Shown piece by piece: positions 19,929 to 29,700 of a DNA stretch of 64,000 nt. The translations under genes and the position numbers were made by a program. This DNA is from Polyangiales bacterium (GTDB lineage: Bacteria; Myxococcota_A; Polyangia; Polyangiales; Polyangiaceae). Under the pieces are notes generated by a model that was given only the letters and a program-made list of their open reading frames with translations, did not search any database and had not been told where the DNA came from. Location of the stretch: positions 1 through 64,000 of the forward strand of contig JBBRNJ010000041.1 of assembly GCA_038230375.1 (NCBI GenBank). The letters run 5' to 3'. Numbering within the stretch: the first letter of the stretch is position 1; every line of letters begins with the position of its first letter.

Positions 19929-21433
19929 CGGACACCGGGGGGGCGCCCCCGAAGATCGACGGCTACGACGTCTGGGGCCGCCTGGGAGGGGGTGGCATGA
20001 GCGACGTGTGGCTGGCGAAGCACGAGGCGCTCTCGGTCCCGGTGATCGTGAAGACCATCCGCCAGGACGTGCGAGACGCGATCGGACAGGAGATTGCAGA
20101 GGCGCGGCTCCTCGAAGAGGCACGCCTCATGGCGCGCGTGAGGAACCCACGCGTCGTGCGTGCCACGGATGCGGGGGTCGCTGGTACCACGCCGTACCTC
20201 GTGGAGGAGTACGTCGACGGGATCGACCTCGCGGAGCTCGATCGCAGGCGGCGCGCCGCCATCGGTCTTGGGCTGCCGCTGTGGTTCGTGGCCACCGTGA
20301 TGCGCGAGACCTGCGACGCGCTCCACTCCGCGCACCAGGCCGGCGTCATTCATCGCGACGTGAAGCCGTCGAACGTGTTCGGCTCGTCGGACGGCGTGCG
20401 CCTGGGCGATTTCGGCATCGCCGTGATGCGCCACGAGGACGCGCGCGAGACCACCAGCGGCACGGTGCGCTTCATGGCGCCCGAGCAGTTCCGCGGCAAG
20501 AAGCTCGACCGCCGAACGGACGTCTTCGGCGCCGGCGCCACCGCGTGCGATCTCCGCTATGGTCGCGTGCCCTTCGACTCCATGGACGAGACGCTCGCGC
20601 TCGACGTGCTCCCCAAGCTGCCGCCCCCGCGCACGCCCGAGGAGGCGTTCTTCCAGACCACGATCCGCGGCATGCTGGAGAAGGAGCCCAATAGACGCCT
20701 CGCAACTTGCGCAGAGGCCGGACGCCGGTTCGGTAGCCTGGCCAGGATGCTTGCGCCCGCGCCGTTCGGTGCAGAGCTTGTCGATCGCCACACGCTCCGC
20801 ATCGGACCGTGCACGCTCTTCCTGGAGGTGGGCGACCTGGCTTACGCGAAGGTGGATGTGATCATCAACTCGGCGTACGCGAACATGCGCATGCGCTCGG
20901 GGGTGGGGGATTCACTGCGCCGCATGGGCGGCGACGACATCGAGGAGGACGCGCTCCGCTCTGGCGACCAGCCTCTGGGCTCTGTCGTGCTCGGCAAGTC
21001 CGGCACCCTCCGCACGAAGCACGTGCTCCATGCGGTGAGCGCGTGGAACGGGGTCTCGTGCGTGGGCCGCGCGGTCTCGCGCGCCATGCTCACCGCAGAC
21101 GAGCTCGGGTGCCGCAGCGTCGCCACCGTGGCCCTTGGCACTGGTGCGGGAAAAGTCAGCATGGAGATGTGCGCGCACGCGATGATCCGCGCGCTCCGGT
21201 GGCGTGCGCTGCTCGGCGGGATGCGAACCCGAGAGATCTACGTGTACTTCCCGGACGAAGAGAAGCGCCGGATCTTCCAGGAGGTCGCAGAAGAGTCACT
21301 GGTGGACCTGGAGACGCAGCCCATTCTTCACGAGCTTGGGCTGCCCGTGGATGCCCAGGAGGTACGTGGGGAGGGCGCCACCTGCATGGACACCAACAGC
21401 CCAACCAGCACTGGACGCGAGACCGAGGACTGA
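19925..21433 (+). CDS. Hanks-type Ser/Thr protein kinase fused to a C-terminal macrodomain
   Basis: Kinase motifs GGGGMS, VIVK, HRDVKPSN, DFG and APE. Macro-like motifs GDLA..VDVIINSA..SGVG, HVLHAV and ALGTG. GTGA overlap with gcvH. Confidence 0.88.
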   Translation: MTDTGGAPPKIDGYDVWGRLGGGGMSDVWLAKHEALSVPVIVKTIRQDVRDAIGQEIAEARLLEEARLMARVRNPRVVRATDAGVAGTTPYLVEEYVDGIDLAELDRRRRAAIGLGLPLWFVATVMRETCDALHSAHQAGVIHRDVKPSNVFGSSDGVRLGDFGIAVMRHEDARETTSGTVRFMAPEQFRGKKLDRRTDVFGAGATACDLRYGRVPFDSMDETLALDVLPKLPPPRTPEEAFFQTTIRGMLEKEPNRRLATCAEAGRRFGSLARMLAPAPFGAELVDRHTLRIGPCTLFLEVGDLAYAKVDVIINSAYANMRMRSGVGDSLRRMGGDDIEEDALRSGDQPLGSVVLGKSGTLRTKHVLHAVSAWNGVSCVGRAVSRAMLTADELGCRSVATVALGTGAGKVSMEMCAHAMIRALRWRALLGGMRTREIYVYFPDEEKRRIFQEVAEESLVDLETQPILHELGLPVDAQEVRGEGATCMDTNSPTSTGRETED

Positions 21434-21439
21434 CCACGG

Positions 21440-22558
21440 GTGGGGACCATCGAGGCAGGCCTCTCGCTCATGGTGGAGCCCGACTTCCTCGGCGCGACGC
21501 TGCCGCTCTTCGAGGCGGGCGTGGTCCGCTGCGTGGAGTGGAGCGTGGACCTGGGATGGAGCGCGCGCGGCATCCCCGAGTGGCTGCACGACCTGCTCGC
21601 GGAGTACGAAGCGAAGGACGCGCTCTACGCGCACGGCGTCCACTTCTCGCCCTTCTCCGCGGAGTGGCAACCCGAGAAGGACGGATGGCTCGCGAACATG
21701 GCGCGCGAGCGCAAGGCGCGCACCTACCGCACGCTCTCGGAGCATGTGGGCTTCAGCACGGTGCCCGGCGTGCGCATCGGCGCGCCGTTTCCGTTTCCAT
21801 TCTGCGACGCGGCGCGCGAGCTGGGCGTTGCCCGCCTGAGGAAGCTGCATGAGGTGTCCGGCGTCCCCGTGGCTCTCGAAAACCTGCCGCTTTCGTTCTG
21901 CGAGGCGGACGTGTGGGCGCAGGGCCCATTCCTGCGCGCCGTTCTCGGCGACACGGATGGTCTCCTGCACCTGGACGTCCACAACCTCCACTGCCAGCTC
22001 GAGAACTTCGGATGCGATCCGGTCGCGCTCCTCGAGACGTACCCGCTCGAGCGTGTGCGGACGATGCATGTGTCGGGCGGCTCGTGGGCGGATGCGAGGA
22101 ACGCGCACCACCCACGCATCCGTCAGGACACCCACGACGAGGACGTGCCAGAGGCCGTATTTCAGCTGCTGGAGCAGGCGCTGAGGCGAGCGCCGAACGT
22201 GGAGGCGGTGTTTCTGGAGAGGCTCGGCGGGACGACGAGGAGCGAGCGGGATGCCGAGCAGTTACGTGTAGACTACAAGCGAATGGCGGAGGTCGTGGCG
22301 GGGGGGAGATCGACGAGGACTTCGACAACGACAGCGACAACGACCTCGACCCCGACCTCGACTTCGACCTTCGACCTTGGTGCGTTGGCTTCGTTTCAGC
22401 GCTCTCTCATCGACGTCCTGCTGGATGGCGAGGACGCGGCTGAGGCATTTCGCGTGAGCTCTCCTCCGCAGTGGCGAGCGATTACCCGTGCCTATGAGCC
22501 TCGCATGCTTCGGCTCGCCGCTCGTATCGCGAACTCGTATACGCTCAGGAACCCATGA
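21440..22558 (+). CDS. DUF692-family multinuclear non-heme iron oxidase (MNIO), ChrH-like
   Basis: Iron-ligand motifs HGV, SEH, ALEN, LDVHN, HVSGG, DTH and LER in TIM-barrel order. C-terminal helical extension after a Thr/Ser linker. Confidence 0.9.
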   Translation: MGTIEAGLSLMVEPDFLGATLPLFEAGVVRCVEWSVDLGWSARGIPEWLHDLLAEYEAKDALYAHGVHFSPFSAEWQPEKDGWLANMARERKARTYRTLSEHVGFSTVPGVRIGAPFPFPFCDAARELGVARLRKLHEVSGVPVALENLPLSFCEADVWAQGPFLRAVLGDTDGLLHLDVHNLHCQLENFGCDPVALLETYPLERVRTMHVSGGSWADARNAHHPRIRQDTHDEDVPEAVFQLLEQALRRAPNVEAVFLERLGGTTRSERDAEQLRVDYKRMAEVVAGGRSTRTSTTTATTTSTPTSTSTFDLGALASFQRSLIDVLLDGEDAAEAFRVSSPPQWRAITRAYEPRMLRLAARIANSYTLRNP

Positions 22559-23289
22559 TCCCCGAGCACGTCCTTCAAAAAATGCGGGCTGCATTGCTCG
22601 TTGCTGGGGCCGCCGGCTGCACGCGAACCGGCGCATCATCCGATGCAGGGCCTGCGTCCAGCGGCAGCGACGGCAGCGCGGCGGGCCTTCAGGGCATCAC
22701 CGACGCGACCACGGACGACGCGACCGCCCTTGATGCGGGCGTCACCAACGACGACGCGATCAGCGACGCGGCCATGGACGGCGCGGTCGTCGCCTGCCCG
22801 TTCCACACGGAGGGCCACGCCAAGCTCGCCGACGGCGGCGTGCAACAGGCCAGGCCCGATCCGGGACTCTCGATCATCGGCATCGGCGGCCGCATGCACG
22901 ACTCATGTCCCGGCTGCGGCATGGGCGGAATGCGCCCCGATCCGATCACGCCGAGCGTGCAGCAGGGTGACGTACAGATCGTGAGCGTCACCGGCATGGA
23001 CGATGCGCAGGCAAGCCAGCTCCGGCGCCTCCTGGCCGGCCAGCGCGCCGGGATGCGCGCGTGCTACCGCGCTGCGCTGAACAACGACCCCACGCAGGAG
23101 GGCAAGGTCACCATGACGATCACCTTCGATGGCCACGGCGAGGTGAAGAATGTGGCGATCCAGAACACGGGCGGTCTCCAGGCGGCCATGCTCACGTGCG
23201 TCAGCCGGCGGATCAAGAACCTGTCTGCCGAGCCCGAGCTGGCCGGAGCCACCGCAACGGCCCGCTTCACCTTCGCGGTGCAGAAGTAG
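22555..23289 (+). CDS. Putative MNIO substrate: signal/lipoprotein peptide, internal CPGCGMG motif, AgmX/PglI (TonB-C-like) domain
   Basis: ATGA overlap with the MNIO gene. N-terminus ..AALLVAGAAGC; HDSCPGCGMG with the motif at 22906-22926; C-terminal MRACYRAAL..DP..EGKV...LTCV. Confidence 0.8.
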   Translation: MIPEHVLQKMRAALLVAGAAGCTRTGASSDAGPASSGSDGSAAGLQGITDATTDDATALDAGVTNDDAISDAAMDGAVVACPFHTEGHAKLADGGVQQARPDPGLSIIGIGGRMHDSCPGCGMGGMRPDPITPSVQQGDVQIVSVTGMDDAQASQLRRLLAGQRAGMRACYRAALNNDPTQEGKVTMTITFDGHGEVKNVAIQNTGGLQAAMLTCVSRRIKNLSAEPELAGATATARFTFAVQK

Positions 23290-24180
23290 TCACGCGCTCG
23301 CCGCGGGCAGCGCGCGGTGAGGTCGCACCACGAGCCACGCGCCCGCGAGCACCAGCCCGCCACCGACGGCTCCGAGCACCGTCAGCCTCTCCCCGAGAAG
23401 CAGGATGGAGAGAGCGATCGCCACGATCGGCTCCAGCAGCGCGACCGTCGCCGCGAGGCTTGCGTCGATGCGCCGCACGCTCCATGCGAACAAGAGCCCG
23501 CCGAGCGCCCCCGGACCGATGGCGGCGAGCGCGAGGATCAACACGGGCGTCGGCGTGAGCTCGGACCACGCGTGCACGCCAGAGACCAGGAGCAGCACGG
23601 GCAGCGCAAAGACACCGTGCCACGCCATGAGCTCGCTCCCGGAGAACGACCCCGTGAGGCGCTTGTTCATGATCACGTTTCCCGCGTAGAACACGGCGGA
23701 CAGTAGCCCGAACCCCGCGCCCACCAGCTGGTCACGCGTGCCTGACACCTCCCATGGACGCAGCATGAGCGTGAGACCGATGAGCGACAGTCCGATCGCC
23801 GCGAATGTCGCGCGACGAACGCGCTCACGCAGAAGCATCGGAGCAAACACCGCGACCAGAAGCGGTCCGGTGTCGTGCGTGAGCGCCGCCACGGCCACGC
23901 TCGCGATCTTGTACGCGTAGAACAGGCACATCGCGTTCAGTGCGTCACCCACGCCAAGCCACACAACGCCCAGCCATTCCCGCGGCGACGCCTTCTTCTT
24001 CACGCGATCGAATGGCACAAGCGCGAACGACGTCACCGCGATGACCGTCATGACGATCGCCGTCTTCACCGACGCGGGCACCGCGCCCTTCGAGTCCGCA
24101 TAGCGCAAGAACAGCGGCCAGCTGCCCCACATGCACGCCGCCGCGATCACCATCGCGATGCCGCTTTTGCGCTTGGTCAC
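23290..24180 (-). CDS. DMT/EamA-family transporter
   Basis: About 10 TM helices in two repeats; LLRERV, LLEPIVAI..LLGERL. Confidence 0.9.
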   Translation of the reverse strand: MTKRKSGIAMVIAAACMWGSWPLFLRYADSKGAVPASVKTAIVMTVIAVTSFALVPFDRVKKKASPREWLGVVWLGVGDALNAMCLFYAYKIASVAVAALTHDTGPLLVAVFAPMLLRERVRRATFAAIGLSLIGLTLMLRPWEVSGTRDQLVGAGFGLLSAVFYAGNVIMNKRLTGSFSGSELMAWHGVFALPVLLLVSGVHAWSELTPTPVLILALAAIGPGALGGLLFAWSVRRIDASLAATVALLEPIVAIALSILLLGERLTVLGAVGGGLVLAGAWLVVRPHRALPAASA

Positions 24181-26792
24181 GGCTTGTCCGCGAGCTCTTT
24201 CAAGGTCGCGACCAGGTTGAGCGCCTCCAGCGGCGTGAGCTTGTTCGGGTCGAGCGAGCGGAGCGTCGCGAGGGCGGGATGCGGCGGTGGTGCATTCTGG
24301 AACAGACCGAGCTGCGGGCGCGGGACCAGCTCCTTCTCACCTGCCTTCCCCTCCTCCAGCCCGCTGAGGATCGCGCGCGCACGCGCCAGCACTGGCTCGG
24401 GCATCCCGGCCAACCGCGCGCACGCCACGCCGTAGCTCTGCGACGCGGGCCCCGCTTCCAGCTTGTGGAAGAACACCAGGTCGCCCTCGTGCTCGCGCGC
24501 GGTCACGCTGTAGTTCGCGCAACGCGGGCGGGACTCCGCAAGCTCGGAGAGCTCGTGATAGTGCGTCGCGAACATCGCGCGGCATTTGATTGCATCATAC
24601 AAGTATTCAGCAACTGCCCACGCGATCGAGAGACCGTCGTAGGTGCTGGTGCCGCGGCCGATCTCGTCCAGGATCACCAGGGAGTTCTTCGTCGCGCGGC
24701 GGAGGACGTTGGCGGTCTCCTTCATCTCCACCATGAACGTGCTCTCGCCCCTGGAGAGGTTGTCGCTGGCGCCCACGCGCGTGAGTACGCGGTCGACCAC
24801 GCCGATGCGGGCACTGCGCGCGGGGACGTAGCTGCCCATCTGAGCGAGCACCACGCACAGCGCGACCTGCCGCATGAGCGTGGACTTGCCGGCCATGTTC
24901 GGTCCGGTGATCACCCAGAACCGCGCCAGGTCGGACCTGTCCTTCGCAAGCGCATCCGCGTCGAGAAGGATGTCGTTCGGGACGAACCGCCCCGCCGCGG
25001 CCATGCGCTCGACCACGGGATGACGGCAGTCGGTGAGCGAAAGCGTGCGGCTCTCGTCCACGGTGGGGCACACGTAGTCGTGCAGGTGCGCGACCTCTGC
25101 AAGGCCCGCTGCGACGTCCCACTCGGCGAGCCGCTGCGCCACCTGTCGCAGCCGATCCACGTACGCGCCCAGCTTCTCGATCAGCGTGGCAAACAGCGCG
25201 GCTTCCAGCGCGCCGGCGCGGTCCTCGGCGGACAGTAGCTTCTGGGCCAGCGTGTCGAGCTCGTCGGTCGTGTAGCGCTCGCCGTTCGCGATCGTCTGCT
25301 TGCGGCGCCACGTGTCGGGCGCCTTGCCAACGTGGGAGCGCGTCACCTCGATGTACCAGCCGAACACGCGCGTGTAGCGCAGCTTCAGGCTCTGGATCTG
25401 CGTGGCGTCGCGCAGGCGCGTCTCGAGCTCCGTGATGTGGTTCTGGCCGCCGCGCGCAAGGTCACGCACGCCATCCAGCTCCTCGTCGTAGCCCTCGCGG
25501 ATGACGCCGCCGTCCGCGAGCTTGAGCGGTGGCTCCGCCGCGATCGCATTCTCGAGCAGCTCCTCGATGTCGCCACACGCGGGCAAGAGCTCGCCGTCCG
25601 AGGACAGCGCGGCCCGCACCTCCGCGTCGCGGCTCTTGCCGATCTCACCCGTGAGCTCCGGCAGCACGGACAGCGAGGCGCGAAGCGCAGCCAGATCACG
25701 CGGCTGGGCGCGGCGCGTCCCGATCTTCGTCGCAAGGCGCTCGATGTCCTGTGTGCGACCGAGCAGCGCACGCACCTTCGCGCGCAATGGCGTGTCCGTG
25801 GCGAAGACCGTGACCGCGTCCTGCCTGCGACGAATGTCCGCGACGCGCAGCAGCGGGCTCGTGAGGCGGCGACGGAGCAACCGCGCGCCGGCGCTGGTCT
25901 TCGTTTCGTCGATCATGGTGATGAGCGCGCCACGCGTCTCGCCGTCCATCGTGCGCAGGAGCTCCAGGTGGGTCTGCGTGGACTCATCCATCACGAGCGT
26001 CTGCCCCAGGGGATAGAACGTGAGGCGCGCGATCGCGAGCGCGCCCTGCGGCTCGCAGGCCTTCGCGTACGAGAGCGCGCGCGCCGCCGCAACACGTGCC
26101 GCCGCGCTCTTCACGCTCCTGTCCGCCTCCCCTTTGCCAAGCACGGACGCAAGCTCGCGATCGGCCTCCGCGAGCGCAAGACCCGACGGCACCTCGCGCA
26201 CCGCCAGCTTCGGCTTGCTCGCACGAACGCGAGCCGCGAGATCCTTCGCGTCGACCGGAACCAGCAGCTCCATCGGGTCCAGCCGCACCACCTCCGCGAC
26301 GGCAGTCACCAGATCGTCCGCCTCGCAGCAAGCGAACTCACCAGTGGACACGTCCAGGAGCGCGATGCCGAACGACGACTCAAATGGAGTCACCGCGCAC
26401 AGGAACGCGTTCTTCGTGGGCGACAGGCCCATGTCGTCGTAGGCGATCGCGGGCGTGACCACGCGCACGACGTCGCGCGGAACCAGACCCTTCACGGTCT
26501 TCGGGTCGGCCATCTGCTCGCAGATCGCGACCTTGAAGCCCTGGTCGAGCAGGCGCTGCAGATACGAGCTCGCCGCGTGATGCGGCACGCCGGCCATGGG
26601 GATCTCTTCGGGGTGTCCCTTGTTGCGCGCAGTCAGCGTGATGTCGAGCGCGCGCGCGACGGTGACGGCGTCCTCGAAGAACAGCTCGTAGAAATCGCCC
26701 ATGCGAAAGAAGAGGAGCGCGTCTGGATAGCGCTCCTTCGCGGCCAGGAACTGCCGCATGACGGGCGTGTCGCGCGGAGATCCCTCGGCCAT
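24177..26792 (-). CDS. mutS: DNA mismatch repair protein MutS
   Basis: TPVMRQ, FFRMGDFYELF, ITGPNMAGKST, STFMVEM, ILDEIGRGTST, FATHYHEL, SYGV. Confidence 0.98.
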   Translation of the reverse strand: MAEGSPRDTPVMRQFLAAKERYPDALLFFRMGDFYELFFEDAVTVARALDITLTARNKGHPEEIPMAGVPHHAASSYLQRLLDQGFKVAICEQMADPKTVKGLVPRDVVRVVTPAIAYDDMGLSPTKNAFLCAVTPFESSFGIALLDVSTGEFACCEADDLVTAVAEVVRLDPMELLVPVDAKDLAARVRASKPKLAVREVPSGLALAEADRELASVLGKGEADRSVKSAAARVAAARALSYAKACEPQGALAIARLTFYPLGQTLVMDESTQTHLELLRTMDGETRGALITMIDETKTSAGARLLRRRLTSPLLRVADIRRRQDAVTVFATDTPLRAKVRALLGRTQDIERLATKIGTRRAQPRDLAALRASLSVLPELTGEIGKSRDAEVRAALSSDGELLPACGDIEELLENAIAAEPPLKLADGGVIREGYDEELDGVRDLARGGQNHITELETRLRDATQIQSLKLRYTRVFGWYIEVTRSHVGKAPDTWRRKQTIANGERYTTDELDTLAQKLLSAEDRAGALEAALFATLIEKLGAYVDRLRQVAQRLAEWDVAAGLAEVAHLHDYVCPTVDESRTLSLTDCRHPVVERMAAAGRFVPNDILLDADALAKDRSDLARFWVITGPNMAGKSTLMRQVALCVVLAQMGSYVPARSARIGVVDRVLTRVGASDNLSRGESTFMVEMKETANVLRRATKNSLVILDEIGRGTSTYDGLSIAWAVAEYLYDAIKCRAMFATHYHELSELAESRPRCANYSVTAREHEGDLVFFHKLEAGPASQSYGVACARLAGMPEPVLARARAILSGLEEGKAGEKELVPRPQLGLFQNAPPPHPALATLRSLDPNKLTPLEALNLVATLKELADKP

Positions 26793-26799
26793 GGGTCGA

Positions 26800-29700
26800 T
26801 CAGTAGTACGGCGAGTGGGAGAGTGAGAGCACGTTGAGGTCCACGAGCAGGAGCCCCTGCGCCTCCCCGTCGACGATCGCGACCTGCCCAAGGGAGTCGA
26901 TGAACTTCATCGACTGAGGCGACACCGCGGTGGTGGTCGACGCAAGGTTGACGAAGAGCGGCTGGAACTGGCCACGGGTGGTGAACCGCCACTGTGAGTC
27001 GCGCGGCGGCTGGAAGTCCACGAACTGCGCCTGCGGCGGCACAGCGTCGGGGCTCTGCACGAAGCCATTCACGATGTAGAACGAGAACATCGGGTTTCGC
27101 ATCGCGAGCGGCTGATTGCGACCGATCGGCGTCGCATCGGGGCTCTGCAGGTCGTCCATCTTCTTGCTGCCGTCGGCAAGGACCTGGGACACGCCAGGCG
27201 CTCGCGAGTTGAGCAGCGCATCGCGTGCGTTGCACGACAGCACGCACTGACCGCCGATGCCTTCGGTGACGTGGTGCAGGAAGCCGTTCTTCGCGCCCTG
27301 CGTCACCCACTCGCCGCCGGTGCGTACGTTGAACTGCACTTGATTGTGGAAGCAGCACTGCATCAACTTGAGGAAGGACTTGTTGCCCGCGTTCCGATCG
27401 AGGACCTCACGCGAGCTCGTGGACGCCGCCTGGGGCTTGGAATAGCCGTACCGACCAATGACAAGGTGGTCCTGATAGGCCTCCAGCACGGGGAAATCGC
27501 GCTGAACAGTCATGTCCGGGTTCACGTCCTCGCCGCTGCCAAACGTCACGGCGCATGCGTCGTACCGTTTTTGCGGCGTGGCAAGATCCACCTTCGCGTT
27601 TGCGTCGGACGCCGTTGGTGCGGGGATGTCCCAGCACGCCTGCGGCAGGCCCCAGTAGGGATCGTCGACCGGAAGGATGTCCTCCTTCAGCTGGACGTAG
27701 TCGGCGATCTTGTGATCGAGCCTGTCCGGCACGCTCACCTTGAGCTTTGCAGCTGCGCTGATGATCGCGGCAGCCTTTGCCCGGCCGATGCGGAAGTCCT
27801 CCACGCCGCGGCGGCAGAAGAGTCCCTGGTCGGTGGTGATGGTGATGGATGCGTAGTCGTCGGTGGTGGAGATGGCGCCCGCGAGTCCCTTCACGTTGGG
27901 GCCGATCCCCTCGAACGTGACGGTCCAGTCCTGATCGAGGTGCACCTCGGGTGACTCGAACGCGAAGCGAATGTTCGGGATGGGCGACTGGGTGTGCGCG
28001 CGAGCGGGGTTGGGGTCTCCCGCGGTCGTGAACTCGTTCGGGTCGACGAGGCCGTTCTTGCCGGTCGGCATGAGGATGGGGATGCGCGTGGCGTCCTTGC
28101 CGATACCCTGGACAGAGCCAAGCACCCAGAGCTGCGGCAGCACGTCGAGACGAGGCAAGTGGTTACCGAGCGCCGGATCGTTGCGCAGGTATTGCAAGCT
28201 TCGCGAGCGGTGCGGCGCGCTGATGGGGAAGAAGCCCTCGAGCGTCACGGGCGACGTGAACGCCGTTGACGCGGTCGCTTCCGCCTCCGCGGCCGTCGGT
28301 GCGTGGTACGGGTTAAGGTCGTCGGCAGATGTAGGATCGGGCTGCCCGGGCGTGATGGAGCTGGGGCCTCCGTCTGCGATGATGGGGTCTGGTCTGCGAC
28401 AGGGCGCGTCCCAGTCGTCCACGTCGATGGCGACCATGGCGCCTGTGGTGAGCGTTGCGAAGCCGAAGATGCCGCGCAGGCGGTATGGCGACGGGCCGGC
28501 AATGCCGGAGATGCCCGGCGGGCCAATCGTGATCGCAGAGTTCGAGCGGTAGAACACGCCCAGATCCCGCACGGCCCCGGCGTCGCCGCTCAGGGTACCC
28601 AGACTCTTCGGGTCCGCCTTCGGGTTCGGGTTGCAGAGGAGACCCGTGAGCGCCGCGCCCGTGGCGTTCACGTCGAAGGTGAGCGGCCACTCGTTGCGTG
28701 CGAAGGCGAGTGTGGCGACGGGCGAGCTGAAGGAGATGCGGTCCGGCGCCTGGAATGGGTTGACCTCCGGATGCGGACGCGTGAGCGGTGAGCGCGAGCT
28801 GAGGTCCGGATCGGTCACGTCGTAGACGATGAGCGTGCCCTCCCTCGCGTCGATCGCGTAGAGGTAGCGCTTGAACTCGCGCGTGGGCGGGCTGACCGCG
28901 ATCTGCGAGACGGTGACGCGGCGACTCGGGTCCGTGATGCTCGTGGCGAGCAGGGGCGGCAGCTCCTTCATGGTGCCGCTGCGAAGATCGATCACGTGGA
29001 TGAGCGGGAGCACCGCATCCGCGACGTAGTAGATCTGTCCGCTCAACGCAGCCGTGCCGCCGCGCGCCGCGAGATCCGGTGGTGCGTCGATGGGAAGGCC
29101 CGAGTCCGGCGTGAAGCCAGCGCCGGCCGCGCAGATCGCAGCGCCCGTGGAGGGTACTTCTTCCGCGGGCGCGCCGCCGTCGACGTACTTGATGCCGTCG
29201 TCCCATGCGGGACCAGGCTGCACCTGCGAAGGCGCGAAGGCACCACCCGCGAGCTCGATGGCGCTGGTGATCGGGCACTTCGCGAGCGAGCCAGGCGCGA
29301 CCTGTGGGCCTGCGTCCGCGAGCAGCGCGGCGCCGCGCAGGAACGGCCGCGGATCGATCGTGATGATCTTCGCGGACGTGCGCGCATCACCCGGAAGCAC
29401 CACGACGACCTCGTAGCCGAGCGAGTCCGGCGCGGCCGTCGTGCCAGAGGTGCCGCCGTCGCCCGCGTCGCTCGCGCCGCCTTCGGTGTCGCCGTCCGTC
29501 GCAGCCGCATCTGTGCTGCCAGACGTGCCGCCGTCGGTCGCGGTGGTGGTAGCGAGGATCTGCGTGGGCACGATCGCGAGCGCGCTGGGCACCTGCGGGA
29601 GCGCGCACGCGGGCCAGTTCGTGATCTTCGGGCGCGATGAGCCGGGCGCGCCTTGCCAGTCACCAAGGACCTCGTCGTTGCGCAGCGCATAGATCGCAGG

